A stretch of 47,336 bases of DNA from Candidatus Flemingiibacterium sp. (GTDB lineage Bacteria; Bacillota; Clostridia; Oscillospirales; CAG-272): assembly GCA_045534235.1 (NCBI GenBank), contig JAZSJI010000085.1, forward strand, positions 1 to 47,336. The letters are read 5' to 3'. This document shows, in pieces, positions 8,285-18,625 of this stretch (positions within the stretch are counted from its first letter, which is position 1; each line of letters opens with the position of its first letter). Made by a program: the position numbers and the translations under genes. The notes beneath the pieces are model-generated. The model saw only the letters and a program-made list of their open reading frames with translations. It searched no databases and was not told the DNA's origin.

Positions 8285-11200
8285 ATATGCCTACTGTTTT
8301 TGCATCTGCGTTCCACGCCGAAACACGAATTTTACCTACGTGCTTCCTCATGCTGATTTTGATGTCGCGGCTTTCACCGGGCTCCAGCCAAAAGAAGTTA
8401 TCCTCATAGGTCATAAACTCTTCACTGCCGGGTGCTTCAATCGCAATCTGATATGCCGGCTTGCTGCCTGTGACGGATACGGTCATGACGCCGGTCATGT
8501 CCGTATCGCGCATGAACACCGCTTCGAGTGAGGTTCTTGTATTGCGGACATCCGATATCCACGGTCCGTTTTCAAGATACGGCGTTGACTCACACGGCTC
8601 ACCTGCACGCGGACAGTAGAAGCTGCGAGAAAGGAGTGTGCCGCTGCCGTCAATAAGATCTGCAAGCAGGAAGTATACCTGATCACCTGCATCCTTGGGG
8701 ATAGCATAGCAAAACGCGTCAAAATGCGATACGCCGTCTGCGCAAACGTTTACGCTTTGCGTTTTACTTGCGATGCAGTTAAGACGGATATCGTAAAGGC
8801 GCATATTAAGTGTTGCGCCTGTTAGCGCTAAACCCGTTTCATTATGTACGAACGGTCTTGCTTCAAATGTTGTACCCGGACGGGTGAAGCAATCGTCAAA
8901 GAGTGCACCGACGTGAAGCGGCTCAAATGAGCGTTTTTTGAAATAGTAAGATATTTTCGGTACACCGAAGTAGTCAATGTAGGACCAGCACATGGTATTT
9001 GGATCGCTGACGTTGGCAACCCAGCTCATGGAAAGGGTACAGTCAGGCCACCTTGAGCGCCACCAATCCTGCCCGAACTGTGTGAGCAGTCCTTGCGCCG
9101 TCTGCATATACGAAATGAACTCATGCCAATTTTTCGGAATACCGCAATCGGACATGGGGGGGATTTCGATTTGCATAAGCGCGCGGTTGCCGGTGTTCAG
9201 ATGCGCATCATGGAGCGAATATGCGCTCTCACGGCACTTTACGTCCGAACGTGCCCATTTGTTGTAGCCGTGAAGCTCTGTATTTTCGGGTATATCCGGC
9301 GGAAAGAGTAAAAGCTCTTCTTGCGGGATTATCTTTTTTAGTGTGTCGTAGTGCGGCGGAGTCGCCATGGAAAACTCCGTTACGGCGACGGCATCCTCAT
9401 CCAGATAGTGAGAATAATATTTGTATATTCCGTCTTTACTCCAGTTGACGTCATACGAATGTCTGTCGCCGCCGTGCGGACAGGCACGGTGAAACTCTAT
9501 CTCCGGCATCAGCTCGTTACATATGTCGCGTATCAGGTCAACGATCTCGCGGTTTTCATCGCAATCGGGATCAAATTCGTTGCCTGCGCACAGCATACCG
9601 AGCGAAGCGTGTGTGCGAATGCGCAGCAGATTGGTACGGACAGCTTCCCGAAGTGCCTCGCGGTTTATATTGGTGTAATAGCCGTTCGCCATTAAAAATT
9701 CCTGCCATACCAATATACCGTACTCATCGCACTTTTCATAAAAATCATCCGTTTCGATAAGCCCTGCGCCCCAAGGACGGATAAAGTTCATATTAGCATC
9801 TCTGATGCGTCCGAGCAGTAATTCATAGCGTTCGGGTGTCAGACGCAGAAGAAGGTCTACGGGCATCCAGTTTGAGCCCTTGCCGAAGAACGGCTTCCCA
9901 TTTACAGAGAATATCCAATTGTACTTATTCTCGATGGGGCCCGGATTTGGTGCGGGAAGAGTTTCGAGCTTGCGGATTCCAACGCGGCGGGACAGCGTTG
10001 AGGTGTCAATCACCGTGCCGTCCGACGCACGCAAAGCAGCATCTATACGCACGTCGTAAAGCGGTTGATCTCCGAGCGTATTCGGCCACCACAAAAGCGG
10101 ATTCGTTACCTCAAAGGTGCATTTGTGCTTAAGCGTACCGCACTCTGCCGGCAAGACAGAGCTGCTTTTGTATTCTCTGCCGTCGGGTGAAACCAGGGTG
10201 CACAAAATCTCTGCGGTGTATGATACATCCTCGGGCATGGATACGTCTACTTCCAAGTCACATACAGCTGTGTTTTCTAAAAGACTGCGAGTTGTGAAAT
10301 GCGGATTTACAGCCTTGAAGCCACTGTCAGCCTCCACGGTTACGTTACGCCATATACCGAGCGTTGTGATGTCCATGTTAAAGTGCCATCTGTGTAGGAT
10401 CCACGGCTCGACATTATCATGATATGGGTGCGGAGAGGGTAAAACACATACGATGATTTCGTTGTCCTTGCCGTAGTTTACCTTGTCCGTTATATCAAGC
10501 TCGGGACCTGCCATTGTACCCTCATGGTATCCAAGGCACTCGCCGTTGAGGAAAAAGTATCCGTGGTATGCCACACCGCCGAAGACAAGATTCAGCTTGT
10601 CCCCGCTGTATTCCTCGGGAACTGTAAATGTCTTTTTGTATATCCAGCGCTGTAATTCCGCCCAATATGCCTTTTTGCCGTTATAGCCGTAGTATGGATC
10701 TTCGATAATTCCGGCGTTCAAAAGGGAGGATTGTACTGAACCCGGAATATCGGCGGGTATCCACTTTTCAACACGTTCTATTTCATCGAGAGTCATTTCC
10801 GGACGTCTGTTGAAAACATTCTCCGAAAAATCCTCGCTGAACAGCACAGCTCCGGTTTCAAAATCCGTATAACGGACCTCCCTAAAGCTGCCGCGACCTT
10901 TTTTTGCTTCAAGAAACGTATATCTGCCCTCAAAATGTCCTATTGGAAGCTCGGCTGCATATTTGCCGTCAATAAACAGAATAACGTTTGTATCTTTTAT
11001 GTCAGCGCGAATTGAGTAGGTAACACCTGCCGTAGCACACGTTCCGTCAAGCTCCGTATAAAGCTGCCGTGCGTCACGAAGCCCTGTTTCTATGCGTATG
11101 GGCGTGCCTATCTCAAATACCACAGCATAATGATTCCATCGCTGAATCTCGTAGCACAGACCGACCGCCAGCTTACAGTCATCGTCGAGTGCTTTAAGCG

Positions 11201-11393
11201 TACATTCGAATGTGTACGGCTGCTTTGGAGCGCACTCTGCCCACATCATCGCGCCGTAGCGAGTACGGATGCCGGTTGCCCAGCCGTCCTTTACGCTCCA
11301 GTTTCCGTATGCTGCGCGCCAACGCGTGAGGCAGGATGCATCAGGATACCATCCGAGCTGCCAACCGGTTGATATATCGATCTTTTTAAGCAT
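8283..11393 (-). CDS. glycoside hydrolase family 2 protein (beta-mannosidase/exo-glucosaminidase-like), cytoplasmic, with an inserted N-terminal jelly-roll module
   Basis: IPADIPGSVQSSLLNAGIIEDPYYGYN and GVAYHGYFFLNGECLGYHEG (GH2 N-domain). NFIRPWGAGLIETDDFYEKCDEYGILVWQEF and LCAGNEF (TIM barrel). There is no signal peptide. A GGAG SD lies inside the end of the upstream gene. Confidence 0.85.
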   Translation of the reverse strand: MLKKIDISTGWQLGWYPDASCLTRWRAAYGNWSVKDGWATGIRTRYGAMMWAECAPKQPYTFECTLKALDDDCKLAVGLCYEIQRWNHYAVVFEIGTPIRIETGLRDARQLYTELDGTCATAGVTYSIRADIKDTNVILFIDGKYAAELPIGHFEGRYTFLEAKKGRGSFREVRYTDFETGAVLFSEDFSENVFNRRPEMTLDEIERVEKWIPADIPGSVQSSLLNAGIIEDPYYGYNGKKAYWAELQRWIYKKTFTVPEEYSGDKLNLVFGGVAYHGYFFLNGECLGYHEGTMAGPELDITDKVNYGKDNEIIVCVLPSPHPYHDNVEPWILHRWHFNMDITTLGIWRNVTVEADSGFKAVNPHFTTRSLLENTAVCDLEVDVSMPEDVSYTAEILCTLVSPDGREYKSSSVLPAECGTLKHKCTFEVTNPLLWWPNTLGDQPLYDVRIDAALRASDGTVIDTSTLSRRVGIRKLETLPAPNPGPIENKYNWIFSVNGKPFFGKGSNWMPVDLLLRLTPERYELLLGRIRDANMNFIRPWGAGLIETDDFYEKCDEYGILVWQEFLMANGYYTNINREALREAVRTNLLRIRTHASLGMLCAGNEFDPDCDENREIVDLIRDICNELMPEIEFHRACPHGGDRHSYDVNWSKDGIYKYYSHYLDEDAVAVTEFSMATPPHYDTLKKIIPQEELLLFPPDIPENTELHGYNKWARSDVKCRESAYSLHDAHLNTGNRALMQIEIPPMSDCGIPKNWHEFISYMQTAQGLLTQFGQDWWRSRWPDCTLSMSWVANVSDPNTMCWSYIDYFGVPKISYYFKKRSFEPLHVGALFDDCFTRPGTTFEARPFVHNETGLALTGATLNMRLYDIRLNCIASKTQSVNVCADGVSHFDAFCYAIPKDAGDQVYFLLADLIDGSGTLLSRSFYCPRAGEPCESTPYLENGPWISDVRNTRTSLEAVFMRDTDMTGVMTVSVTGSKPAYQIAIEAPGSEEFMTYEDNFFWLEPGESRDIKISMRKHVGKIRVSAWNADAKTVGI

Positions 11394-11910
11394 TGTTTTT
11401 CTCCTTGTCGGGGCGTTTCGTTCTGTATCGGTAAAGACCTATGATTGATGAGGTTATTGCTATCACCTCGTTGACTGCCGCACCGTATGCGCTGAAATAT
11501 ATGTCATACAGAAGAACTAACGTTGAGGTAACGATAATGCTTCTCCGTAAATTTTGAACGTTTGGGAAATATAAAAACAGCGTATTGACCGCCAAGGCAA
11601 CGATCAGCAGGAGTGAAACAGGTCCTTGCCAGGTTACGGCGCCTGCCGCAATCATAACGCCCGCAAGCACGTACGGCCAGAATGAATATGAGAAAATCTT
11701 CAGATTCTTTTTGTAAATTATAAAGTTTCTCAAAATGCAGATGATATTCAAAAGTAATCCGGAGTATGCGCCGAGCAAAAGATAGCTTATGCATAGGCTC
11801 GCTGATAATAAGGTCTGCACGGTAAGTACGGTTTTGTGCTCCTTGCACTGATATGAGATAAACGCAAATATTACCGCAAACCAACCGATTATTTGTCCTG
11901 CAAGAATCAT
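11386..11910 (-). CDS. YgjV-family inner membrane protein
   Basis: ILAGQIIGWFAVIFAFISYQCKEHKTVLTVQ...ISYLLLGAYSG. It has 5-6 predicted TM segments and overlaps the GH2 start by 8 nt (ATGCTTAA). Confidence 0.8.
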   Translation of the reverse strand: MILAGQIIGWFAVIFAFISYQCKEHKTVLTVQTLLSASLCISYLLLGAYSGLLLNIICILRNFIIYKKNLKIFSYSFWPYVLAGVMIAAGAVTWQGPVSLLLIVALAVNTLFLYFPNVQNLRRSIIVTSTLVLLYDIYFSAYGAAVNEVIAITSSIIGLYRYRTKRPDKEKNNA

Positions 11911-11961
11911 ACTGAAAATCTCCTTGTTGTGTTTTTATGGATAAAACCACAGTCTAAATAT

Positions 11962-11989
11962 ATTATACATGCCTTTTATGATTTGTCAA
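11962..11989 (-). promoter_or_regulatory. sigma-A promoter for the ygjV-GH2 operon
   Basis: Minus strand reads TTGACA-16 nt-TATAAT, about 45 nt upstream of the ATG at 11910 (SD aaggag). Confidence 0.55.
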
Positions 11990-12028
11990 TATAAATTCAC
12001 TTGTCCAAGCGGAAATTTTTTCGCCGCC

Positions 12029-12057
12029 TTTACTTTTATTACGTTTTGTGATATACT
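12029..12057 (+). promoter_or_regulatory. extended -10 promoter of uvrBA
   Basis: TTTACT-17 nt-TATACT with TGa immediately upstream of the -10. Confidence 0.5.
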
Positions 12058-12066
12058 TTAAGTATA
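12052..12066. promoter_or_regulatory. 7-1-7 perfect palindrome overlapping the uvrBA -10 (possible operator)
   Basis: TATACTT-T-AAGTATA, read directly from the sequence. Confidence 0.3.
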
Positions 12067-12102
12067 CGGCATGTCCGCAGCGATAATTTTAGGGAGGCAG
12101 TT

Positions 12103-14091
12103 ATGGATAGATTTAAGCTTCATTCTCCGTATAAACCGACAGGCGATCAGCCTGCCGCTATCGAGCGCCTCTCTGCAGGCGTGCTTGCAGGTATGAAAAA
12201 TCAGACGCTTCTCGGTGTTACCGGCTCGGGTAAGACCTTTACAATGGCGAACATCATCGCCGAGGTCAACCGCCCGACGCTCGTTCTTGCACATAACAAA
12301 ACCCTCGCGGCACAGCTTTGTTCAGAGTTTCGCGAGTTCTTCCCCGAGAATGCCGTGGAGTTTTTCGTGTCGTACTACGACTACTATCAGCCCGAGGCTT
12401 ATATTCCGGGTAAGGATATGTATATAGAAAAGGACAGCTCGGTCAACGACGAGATAGATATGCTCCGTCACAGCGCGACGAGTGCGCTTTTTGAGCGGCG
12501 CGACGTTATTATTGTGTCGAGCGTGTCGTGCATCTACTCGCTTGGTGATCCGGCGGAGTATCAGTCGATGTTTATCGCGGTACGCCCCGGTATGGTTATG
12601 GAGCGCGACGAGTTTACAAGGCGGCTTATTTCGATGTCCTATGACCGCAACGATATGAACTTTGTGCGTGACAAATTCAGAGTGCGCGGCGACGTTGTTG
12701 AGGTGCTTCCTGCATCGAGCGGCGATAAGGCGATACGCGTGGAATTTTTCGGTGACGAGATCGAGCGCGTGTCCGAAATAAACACCGTTACGGGCGAGCT
12801 GCTTCGCACGCTTTCATACGCGGCGATATACCCCGCGACGCACTATGCGGTGTCAGATGAGCGCCGTGAGAAGGCGCTACGTGAGATAGAGGAGGAGCTT
12901 GTAGAGCGAGTGGACTTCTTTCGCTCACAGAATAAGTTACTTGAAGCACAGCGCATCGAGGAGCGTACGCGGTATGATCTTGAAATGCTCCGTGAGATCG
13001 GATTCTGCTCGGGCGTTGAAAACTATTCGCGCGTTATGGCAGGACGCGAGCCCGGCTCGACGCCGTACACTCTGCTTGACTATTTCCCGAAGGATTTTCT
13101 CCTGTTCGTTGACGAGTCACACGTTACTCTGCCGCAGGTCAAGGGTATGAGCGGCGGCGATCGCGCGAGAAAAAAGAACCTCGTCGAGTTCGGCTTCCGA
13201 CTTCCGTCGGCGTTTGACAACAGACCGCTCTTTTTCGACGAGTTTGAAAGTAAGATAAACCAAGCTATATTCGTCAGCGCAACCCCTGCGGAGTATGAAA
13301 AGACACATTCCGAGCAGACGGTTGAGCAGATAATCCGCCCGACGGGACTTCTTGATCCTGAGGTAGAGGTGCGCCCTGTTGAAGGACAGATCGACGACCT
13401 TATAGGCGAGATAAACGCGCGTGTCGAGCGCGGCGAGAGGGTGCTTATAACCACGCTCACGAAGAAAATGGCAGAGGATCTCACCGAGTATCTCGAAATG
13501 AACCTTATAAAGGTTAAGTATATCCACCACAACATTGAAACGATGGAGCGCAGCGAGATAATACGCGATCTGCGCCTTGGCGTTTTCGACGTGCTCGTGG
13601 GAATCAACCTGCTTCGTGAGGGACTTGACATTCCCGAGGGGTCGCTCGTTGCGATACTCGATGCGGACAAGGAGGGCTTCCTTCGCTCTGAAACCTCGCT
13701 TATACAGACGATAGGTCGTGCTGCGCGTAACTCGGACGGTAAGGTTATAATGTACGCTGATACAGTAACTCCGTCAATGCGTGCGGCTATCGACGAAACC
13801 AACCGCCGCCGCGAGCTTCAGAAAGCTTATAACGATGCTAACGGTATCACGCCGCAGACTATTAAAAAGAGTGTGCGCGATCTTATAGAGATCGGCAAGA
13901 AGGAAGCGGAGGCATCGCCCGAAAAACGCTTCAAGGAAGCTATCGCGGACAAGAAAAAGCTCACGAAGGACGAGCGTCAGGCGCTAATCGACGAGCTTAC
14001 GGTCGAAATGCGTGCGGCGGCAAAGAAGCTCGAATTCGAGCGCGCCGCGTACCTGCGTGACAAGATAAAGAATTTGCAGGGAATTATTTAA
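12103..14091 (+). CDS. uvrB: excinuclease ABC subunit B
   Basis: Motifs [17 protein letters not shown] and DESH, helicase motifs, and a C-terminal UVR domain ([13 protein letters not shown]). Confidence 0.97.
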   Translation: MDRFKLHSPYKPTGDQPAAIERLSAGVLAGMKNQTLLGVTGSGKTFTMANIIAEVNRPTLVLAHNKTLAAQLCSEFREFFPENAVEFFVSYYDYYQPEAYIPGKDMYIEKDSSVNDEIDMLRHSATSALFERRDVIIVSSVSCIYSLGDPAEYQSMFIAVRPGMVMERDEFTRRLISMSYDRNDMNFVRDKFRVRGDVVEVLPASSGDKAIRVEFFGDEIERVSEINTVTGELLRTLSYAAIYPATHYAVSDERREKALREIEEELVERVDFFRSQNKLLEAQRIEERTRYDLEMLREIGFCSGVENYSRVMAGREPGSTPYTLLDYFPKDFLLFVDESHVTLPQVKGMSGGDRARKKNLVEFGFRLPSAFDNRPLFFDEFESKINQAIFVSATPAEYEKTHSEQTVEQIIRPTGLLDPEVEVRPVEGQIDDLIGEINARVERGERVLITTLTKKMAEDLTEYLEMNLIKVKYIHHNIETMERSEIIRDLRLGVFDVLVGINLLREGLDIPEGSLVAILDADKEGFLRSETSLIQTIGRAARNSDGKVIMYADTVTPSMRAAIDETNRRRELQKAYNDANGITPQTIKKSVRDLIEIGKKEAEASPEKRFKEAIADKKKLTKDERQALIDELTVEMRAAAKKLEFERAAYLRDKIKNLQGII

Positions 14092-14106
14092 ATTCAGGAG
14101 TAAACA

Positions 14107-16944
14107 ATGGCAGATTTAATTATGCGCGGTGTTCGCGTACACAATCTAAAGGACGTTGATTTAACGATTCCGCGCGACAAGCTTGTGGTGCTTACGGGAC
14201 TTTCCGGTTCGGGCAAATCCTCACTTGCGTTTGATACTATCTACGCCGAGGGACACCGCCGCTTCGTCGAGTCCTTGTCGAGCTATGCGAGAATGTTTTT
14301 AGGTCAGCTTGACAAGCCCGATCTCGACTCTATCGAAGGGCTTTCACCCGCGATATCAATAGATCAGAAAACAACGTCCAAAAACCCGCGATCGACCGTG
14401 GGTACGGTCACTGAGATATATGACTACCTGCGTTTGCTTTACGCGCGCGTGGGTATACCGCACTGCCCCGTATGCGGCAAGGAGATACGTCAGCAAACGG
14501 TCGATCAGATAATCGACCGCATAATGACGCTTCCAGAGGGCACGCGCTTTATGGTGCTCGCGCCTATGGTGCGCGGCAAAAAGGGTATGCACGAAAAGAT
14601 ATTCGAGGACGCGAAAAAGAGCGGCTATGTTCGTGTGCGTGTGGACGGAGCCATGTATGACCTTGGCGAGGAGATAAAGCTCGACAAAAATATCAAGCAT
14701 ACCGTGGAAATAGTCGTCGATCGACTCGTACGCCGCGAGGATATGCGCTCACGACTTGCGGACTCGGTTGAAACCGCACTTGCACTGACTGACGGCAACC
14801 TTGTCGTTTCGGTAGTGCTTCGCGACGGGGAAGAGTTCGAGGGTGAAACGGAAATGTCATTCTCGCAGAGTTATGCGTGCGAGGAGCACGGTATAAGCGT
14901 GGGTGAGCTGTCGCCGCGAATGTTCTCTTTCAACAATCCGTTCGGTGCGTGCGAGAGATGCGCGGGACTTGGCGAAATGAGAACCGTATCCGCAGAGAAG
15001 GTCGTACCCGACAAATCGCTGTCGCTTCGCGAGGGCGCCATTGCCGTCAACGGCTTTAAGTCGCTCGATGAGCAGAGCTGGAACGGACCGCTTTTCGAGG
15101 CGGTTGCCAAAAAGCACGGCTTCACGCTTGATATGCCGCTTTGCGAGTACACGGACAAGCAGTTAAAGGTGCTGCTATACGGCTCGGGTAACGAGCTTTA
15201 TGAAATAACCCGATACTGGGAGGGCGTCGCAAAGCATCAGCGCGTCAAGTTCGACGGCGTGGTGAATATGATACAGCAGCGCTTCGACCAGTCACAGCAC
15301 GAGTACTACGAGGAATTTATCGAGGATACGCCGTGTCCCGACTGTCACGGCAAGCGCCTTAACCCGATGTCGCTTGCGGTTACGGTCGGCGGTATAAATA
15401 TTGACGATTTTTGCCGTATGTCTGTATCAAAGGCGCTCGAGTTTGTAAACGGCCTCACGTTCACCGAAACCGAGATGACTATCGCACGAGAGATAATTAA
15501 AGAGGTGAAATCTCGCCTCGGATTTCTCGAGAGCGTCGGACTTGAATATCTCACGCTCGCGCGCAAGGCAGGCACGCTGTCGGGCGGCGAGGCACAGCGC
15601 ATACGTCTTGCGACGCAGATAGGCTCATCGCTTATGGGTGTGCTTTACATCCTCGACGAGCCGAGCATCGGTCTGCATCAGCGTGACAACTCCAAGCTTA
15701 TCGCGACGCTTAAGCGTCTGCGTGACGCGGGCAACAGCCTTATAGTCGTCGAGCACGACGAGGAAACGATGGAGTCGTCCGACTACATCGTCGACATTGG
15801 ACCGGGTGCAGGCATACACGGCGGAGAGATAGTCGCCGCAGGTACGCCTGACGAGATCAAGGCGCACCCGACCTCCATTACGGGCGCATATTTGTCGGGC
15901 AGGGAAAAGATAGCCGTTCCGGTGCTTCGCCGTTCGGGTAACGGAAAATTCCTCAAGGTTGTCGGCGCACAGCAGAACAACCTCAAAAATATAGACGTAA
16001 AAATCCCTCTCGGACTTTTCTGCTGTGTTACGGGCGTATCAGGCTCGGGCAAATCCTCGCTCGTGAACTCGATACTTTACCAGGTGCTCGCTCACGAGCT
16101 TAACCGCGCGCACACTTATCCCGGCAGGCACAAGCGCATCGAGGGCATAGAAAATCTCGATAAGATAATCGCCATCGACCAAAGCCCGATAGGGCGTACG
16201 CCGCGCTCAAATCCGGCTACGTATACGGGACTTTTCACCGATATACGCGAGCTTTTCGCCAAAACGACCGACGCAAAAATGCGCGGCTATACGTCGGGGC
16301 GCTTCTCGTTCAACGTGAAGGGCGGACGCTGTGAGGCGTGCGAGGGCGACGGAGTCAAGTGCATCGAGATGCACTTTTTGCCCGACGTTTACGTCACCTG
16401 CGACGTATGTATGGGCAAGCGCTACAACCGCGACACGCTCGAGGTTAAATACAAGGGCAAGAATATATCCGACGTGCTTGAGATGACCGTCGAGGAGGGG
16501 CTTGAGTTCTTCGCGCACCTGCCGCGTCTTGCGCGCAAGCTTCAGACTCTCTTTGACGTAGGACTCGGTTATATCAAGATAGGTCAGTCATCGACCACTC
16601 TTTCGGGCGGTGAGGCACAGCGCGTCAAGCTTGCAACCGAGCTTGCAAAGCGCTCTACGGGCAAGACTATCTATATCCTCGACGAGCCGACGACGGGACT
16701 TCATATGGCGGACGTCAAGAAGCTTATCGAGGTGCTTCAGCGACTTGTCGACGCAGGTAATACGGTGCTCGTTATCGAGCATAACCTCGATATGATAAAG
16801 ACTGCCGACTATATCATCGACCTCGGTCCCGAGGGCGGTGACGGAGGCGGCGAGGTCATCGCGACGGGTACGCCCGAGGAGGTTGCCGAGTGCGAGCGCT
16901 CGTACACGGGACAGTATTTGAAGAAGATAATGAAGAAAAAATAA
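14107..16944 (+). CDS. uvrA: excinuclease ABC subunit A
   Basis: Two ABC modules ([18 protein letters not shown]; LSGGEAQR twice) and Zn-finger CxxC pairs (CPVCG, CERCAG, CPDCHG, CEACEG). Confidence 0.97.
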   Translation: MADLIMRGVRVHNLKDVDLTIPRDKLVVLTGLSGSGKSSLAFDTIYAEGHRRFVESLSSYARMFLGQLDKPDLDSIEGLSPAISIDQKTTSKNPRSTVGTVTEIYDYLRLLYARVGIPHCPVCGKEIRQQTVDQIIDRIMTLPEGTRFMVLAPMVRGKKGMHEKIFEDAKKSGYVRVRVDGAMYDLGEEIKLDKNIKHTVEIVVDRLVRREDMRSRLADSVETALALTDGNLVVSVVLRDGEEFEGETEMSFSQSYACEEHGISVGELSPRMFSFNNPFGACERCAGLGEMRTVSAEKVVPDKSLSLREGAIAVNGFKSLDEQSWNGPLFEAVAKKHGFTLDMPLCEYTDKQLKVLLYGSGNELYEITRYWEGVAKHQRVKFDGVVNMIQQRFDQSQHEYYEEFIEDTPCPDCHGKRLNPMSLAVTVGGINIDDFCRMSVSKALEFVNGLTFTETEMTIAREIIKEVKSRLGFLESVGLEYLTLARKAGTLSGGEAQRIRLATQIGSSLMGVLYILDEPSIGLHQRDNSKLIATLKRLRDAGNSLIVVEHDEETMESSDYIVDIGPGAGIHGGEIVAAGTPDEIKAHPTSITGAYLSGREKIAVPVLRRSGNGKFLKVVGAQQNNLKNIDVKIPLGLFCCVTGVSGSGKSSLVNSILYQVLAHELNRAHTYPGRHKRIEGIENLDKIIAIDQSPIGRTPRSNPATYTGLFTDIRELFAKTTDAKMRGYTSGRFSFNVKGGRCEACEGDGVKCIEMHFLPDVYVTCDVCMGKRYNRDTLEVKYKGKNISDVLEMTVEEGLEFFAHLPRLARKLQTLFDVGLGYIKIGQSSTTLSGGEAQRVKLATELAKRSTGKTIYILDEPTTGLHMADVKKLIEVLQRLVDAGNTVLVIEHNLDMIKTADYIIDLGPEGGDGGGEVIATGTPEEVAECERSYTGQYLKKIMKKK

Positions 16945-16949
16945 AAAGT

Positions 16950-16979
16950 GGCTGTTGCGCTTGGCGCAACAGCCTTTTT
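16950..16979. terminator. bidirectional terminator after uvrA
   Basis: ggctgttgcgc / gcgcaacagcc, an 11-bp stem, flanked by aaaaa upstream and ttttt downstream. Confidence 0.75.
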
Positions 16980-17210
16980 CTACGCACACGCAAGGTCGGA
17001 CACAGCAGCGTCGAGCTGTTCGGGCGAGAGGGCGAGGACGTTTATGAGGTCGACGAACCATTCAATCGCGTCACGTGCGCGGAAAATATCAGGTATGACT
17101 CGCTCGGGCGTGAGCGAGCCTTTTCTGTATACGGCAATGCCCCATACCCGGCGCATATTACCGCGCTCGTCGAAGGTGGTGGTTGCGTGAGTTGTGTAAA
17201 AATACTTCAT
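16980..17210 (-). CDS. small conserved hypothetical protein, 76 aa (paralog A; possibly DUF6514-like)
   Basis: GGAG SD 6 nt upstream. It aligns without gaps to the upstream 76-aa ORF (GIA.Y, IPDIF, NVL.L, L.D.V.D). Confidence 0.7.
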   Translation of the reverse strand: MKYFYTTHATTTFDERGNMRRVWGIAVYRKGSLTPERVIPDIFRARDAIEWFVDLINVLALSPEQLDAAVSDLACA

Positions 17211-17234
17211 AACATTCTCCTTCGTAAAATTTTT

Positions 17235-17465
17235 TTATGCGTTGACGACGTCGTAAACTACGTCGTCAAGGTGGTCTATGTCAAGCCCGAGCACGTTGCA
17301 GGCACGGATGAAGCTTTCGGCCTCGCCGCGATCTGTGAAGATATCGGGGATAGCGCGGCAGGGAACGGTATCGCCCGATTTGTAGGCCGCGATGCCGAAT
17401 GTGGTCTGTGCGATGCCGTCCTCCGTTATGATAGTCGATTCCGTGAGCTTGTAAACGTAGTGCAT
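17235..17465 (-). CDS. small conserved hypothetical protein, 76 aa (paralog B; possibly DUF6514-like)
   Basis: aggag SD. It lies 24 nt upstream of paralog A on the same strand. Confidence 0.7.
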   Translation of the reverse strand: MHYVYKLTESTIITEDGIAQTTFGIAAYKSGDTVPCRAIPDIFTDRGEAESFIRACNVLGLDIDHLDDVVYDVVNA

Positions 17466-17513
17466 TTTTATTTCTCCTAACTGTAAAAAATTAATAAATT
17501 TGTCAGTAAATAT

Positions 17514-17542
17514 ATGATACTATAAAATGCTGTAAAAATCAA
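17514..17542 (-). promoter_or_regulatory. candidate promoter of the 76-aa tandem pair
   Basis: Minus strand reads TTGATT-17 nt-TATCAT. Confidence 0.4.
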
Positions 17543-17704
17543 TAGAAAAAGTAAAAAATGTATCAAGATTCGTGAGCGGATTTCGACAAAAATAGACAGT
17601 TTGTACAATGCGAGCATACAGCGTGACGAAAATAGTCGATTGCTGTAAATATTTCACATAAGACTCATTCCAAAATTGGGAAAATGTGTCATGAGGATAA
17701 GGAG

Positions 17705-17733
17705 CAAAAAAAGGAGGAGCGATGCTCCTCCTC
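17705..17733 (-). terminator. intrinsic terminator after the SleB-like gene
   Basis: Minus-strand RNA reads gaggaggagc-auc-gcuccuccu followed by UUUUUUU. Confidence 0.7.
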
Positions 17734-17747
17734 GATGTGATATATAT

Positions 17748-18563
17748 TTATGAATAGAAGTCGTGACAGCCGACGGTCATCAGATAGGGACGGTTGGCAG
17801 GCACCCAAAAGTTGGTTGCTCGCTCGGGGTTGAGAAAATACATCGCGCTGCGCGAAATGTAATAGGAGTCAAGGCAGAGCTTTGCCGCGACGATGCTATC
17901 CGCAGTCGGCACGTTATATACCGTGCCGTTTTCGGTTGGAGTAAACTGCACGCCCCATTCGCGGTCGAAAATAACGCCGTATATTGTATTCGGGAACTCT
18001 TCGCTTTCAACGCGGTTCAAGACGACGTTTCCGACGAGGATTTTTCCGTCCATCGGCTCACTGCCTGCCTCTGCGCTGATTATCCGAGAGAGCCAATAGA
18101 CCTCGTCGGAGCTGTAAAACTCGTCGCCGCTTATGATACTCTCGCCCGCGGTGGCGTAAAGGTCGACCGAGCGTGTATCGGCGCGCCATTCTACGTTGGC
18201 GTTATACGCCTTTGCGAGCGTGCGTATCGGAACGTAGAGCATACCGCTGACGTTTACGACGTTATTGCCGCCAAGATAACGTCCTGCTGCCTCGATGTAG
18301 CAGTCGCCCGCCCGAGCGCTTATCGTCGCAAACGGCGTCGTGGCACGCATTACCGCCGCGTCACCGCTTACCTTTGCGTTGCCGAACGAAAGCGACTCAT
18401 TTGCCGCATCGAACGGTACATACGTGGTCGAGCCGATGAGCAAGGCACCAATTTCGGTGTCCGCGCCGTTAAGTCGTACGTCTATGCTCTCGTATGCGTG
18501 AGTGCCGACGCTAAAGAGCGCGGCACATAACACGGCGCATATTATTAATCGTAATTTTTTCAT
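17748..18563 (-). CDS. secreted cell wall hydrolase (SleB/CwlJ Hydrolase_2 domain) with copper-amine-oxidase-N-like stalk
   Basis: Signal peptide MKKLRLIICAVLCAALFSVGTHA. Stalk motifs TTYVPFDAA and MLYVPIRTLAKAY. Catalytic core LSRIISAEAGSEPMDGKILVGNVVLNRVESEEFPNTIYGVIF. Confidence 0.85.
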   Translation of the reverse strand: MKKLRLIICAVLCAALFSVGTHAYESIDVRLNGADTEIGALLIGSTTYVPFDAANESLSFGNAKVSGDAAVMRATTPFATISARAGDCYIEAAGRYLGGNNVVNVSGMLYVPIRTLAKAYNANVEWRADTRSVDLYATAGESIISGDEFYSSDEVYWLSRIISAEAGSEPMDGKILVGNVVLNRVESEEFPNTIYGVIFDREWGVQFTPTENGTVYNVPTADSIVAAKLCLDSYYISRSAMYFLNPERATNFWVPANRPYLMTVGCHDFYS

Positions 18564-18580
18564 TTGTTACCTCCTCGTGT

Positions 18581-18618
18581 AAAATAAAAACGCGTGCGGT
18601 AGCGTTTACCGCACGCGT
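18581..18618 (-). terminator. intrinsic terminator after proS
   Basis: 12-bp stem acgcgtgcggta / taccgcacgcgt. On the minus strand it is followed by uuuuuauuuu. Confidence 0.7.
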
Positions 18619-18625
18619 ATATTTT

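Noticed and set aside
17763-18530. 255-aa plus-strand ORF
   Set aside because: It is antisense to the SleB-like hydrolase. The same reasoning applies to 20328-20993 (+) opposite the MBL gene, 31222-31965 (-) opposite yajC/TIGR04086, 13080-13802 (-) opposite uvrB, 41116-41808 (-) opposite queH/ygjP, 5694-6248 (-) opposite lysC and 6315-6869 (-) opposite the amidohydrolase.
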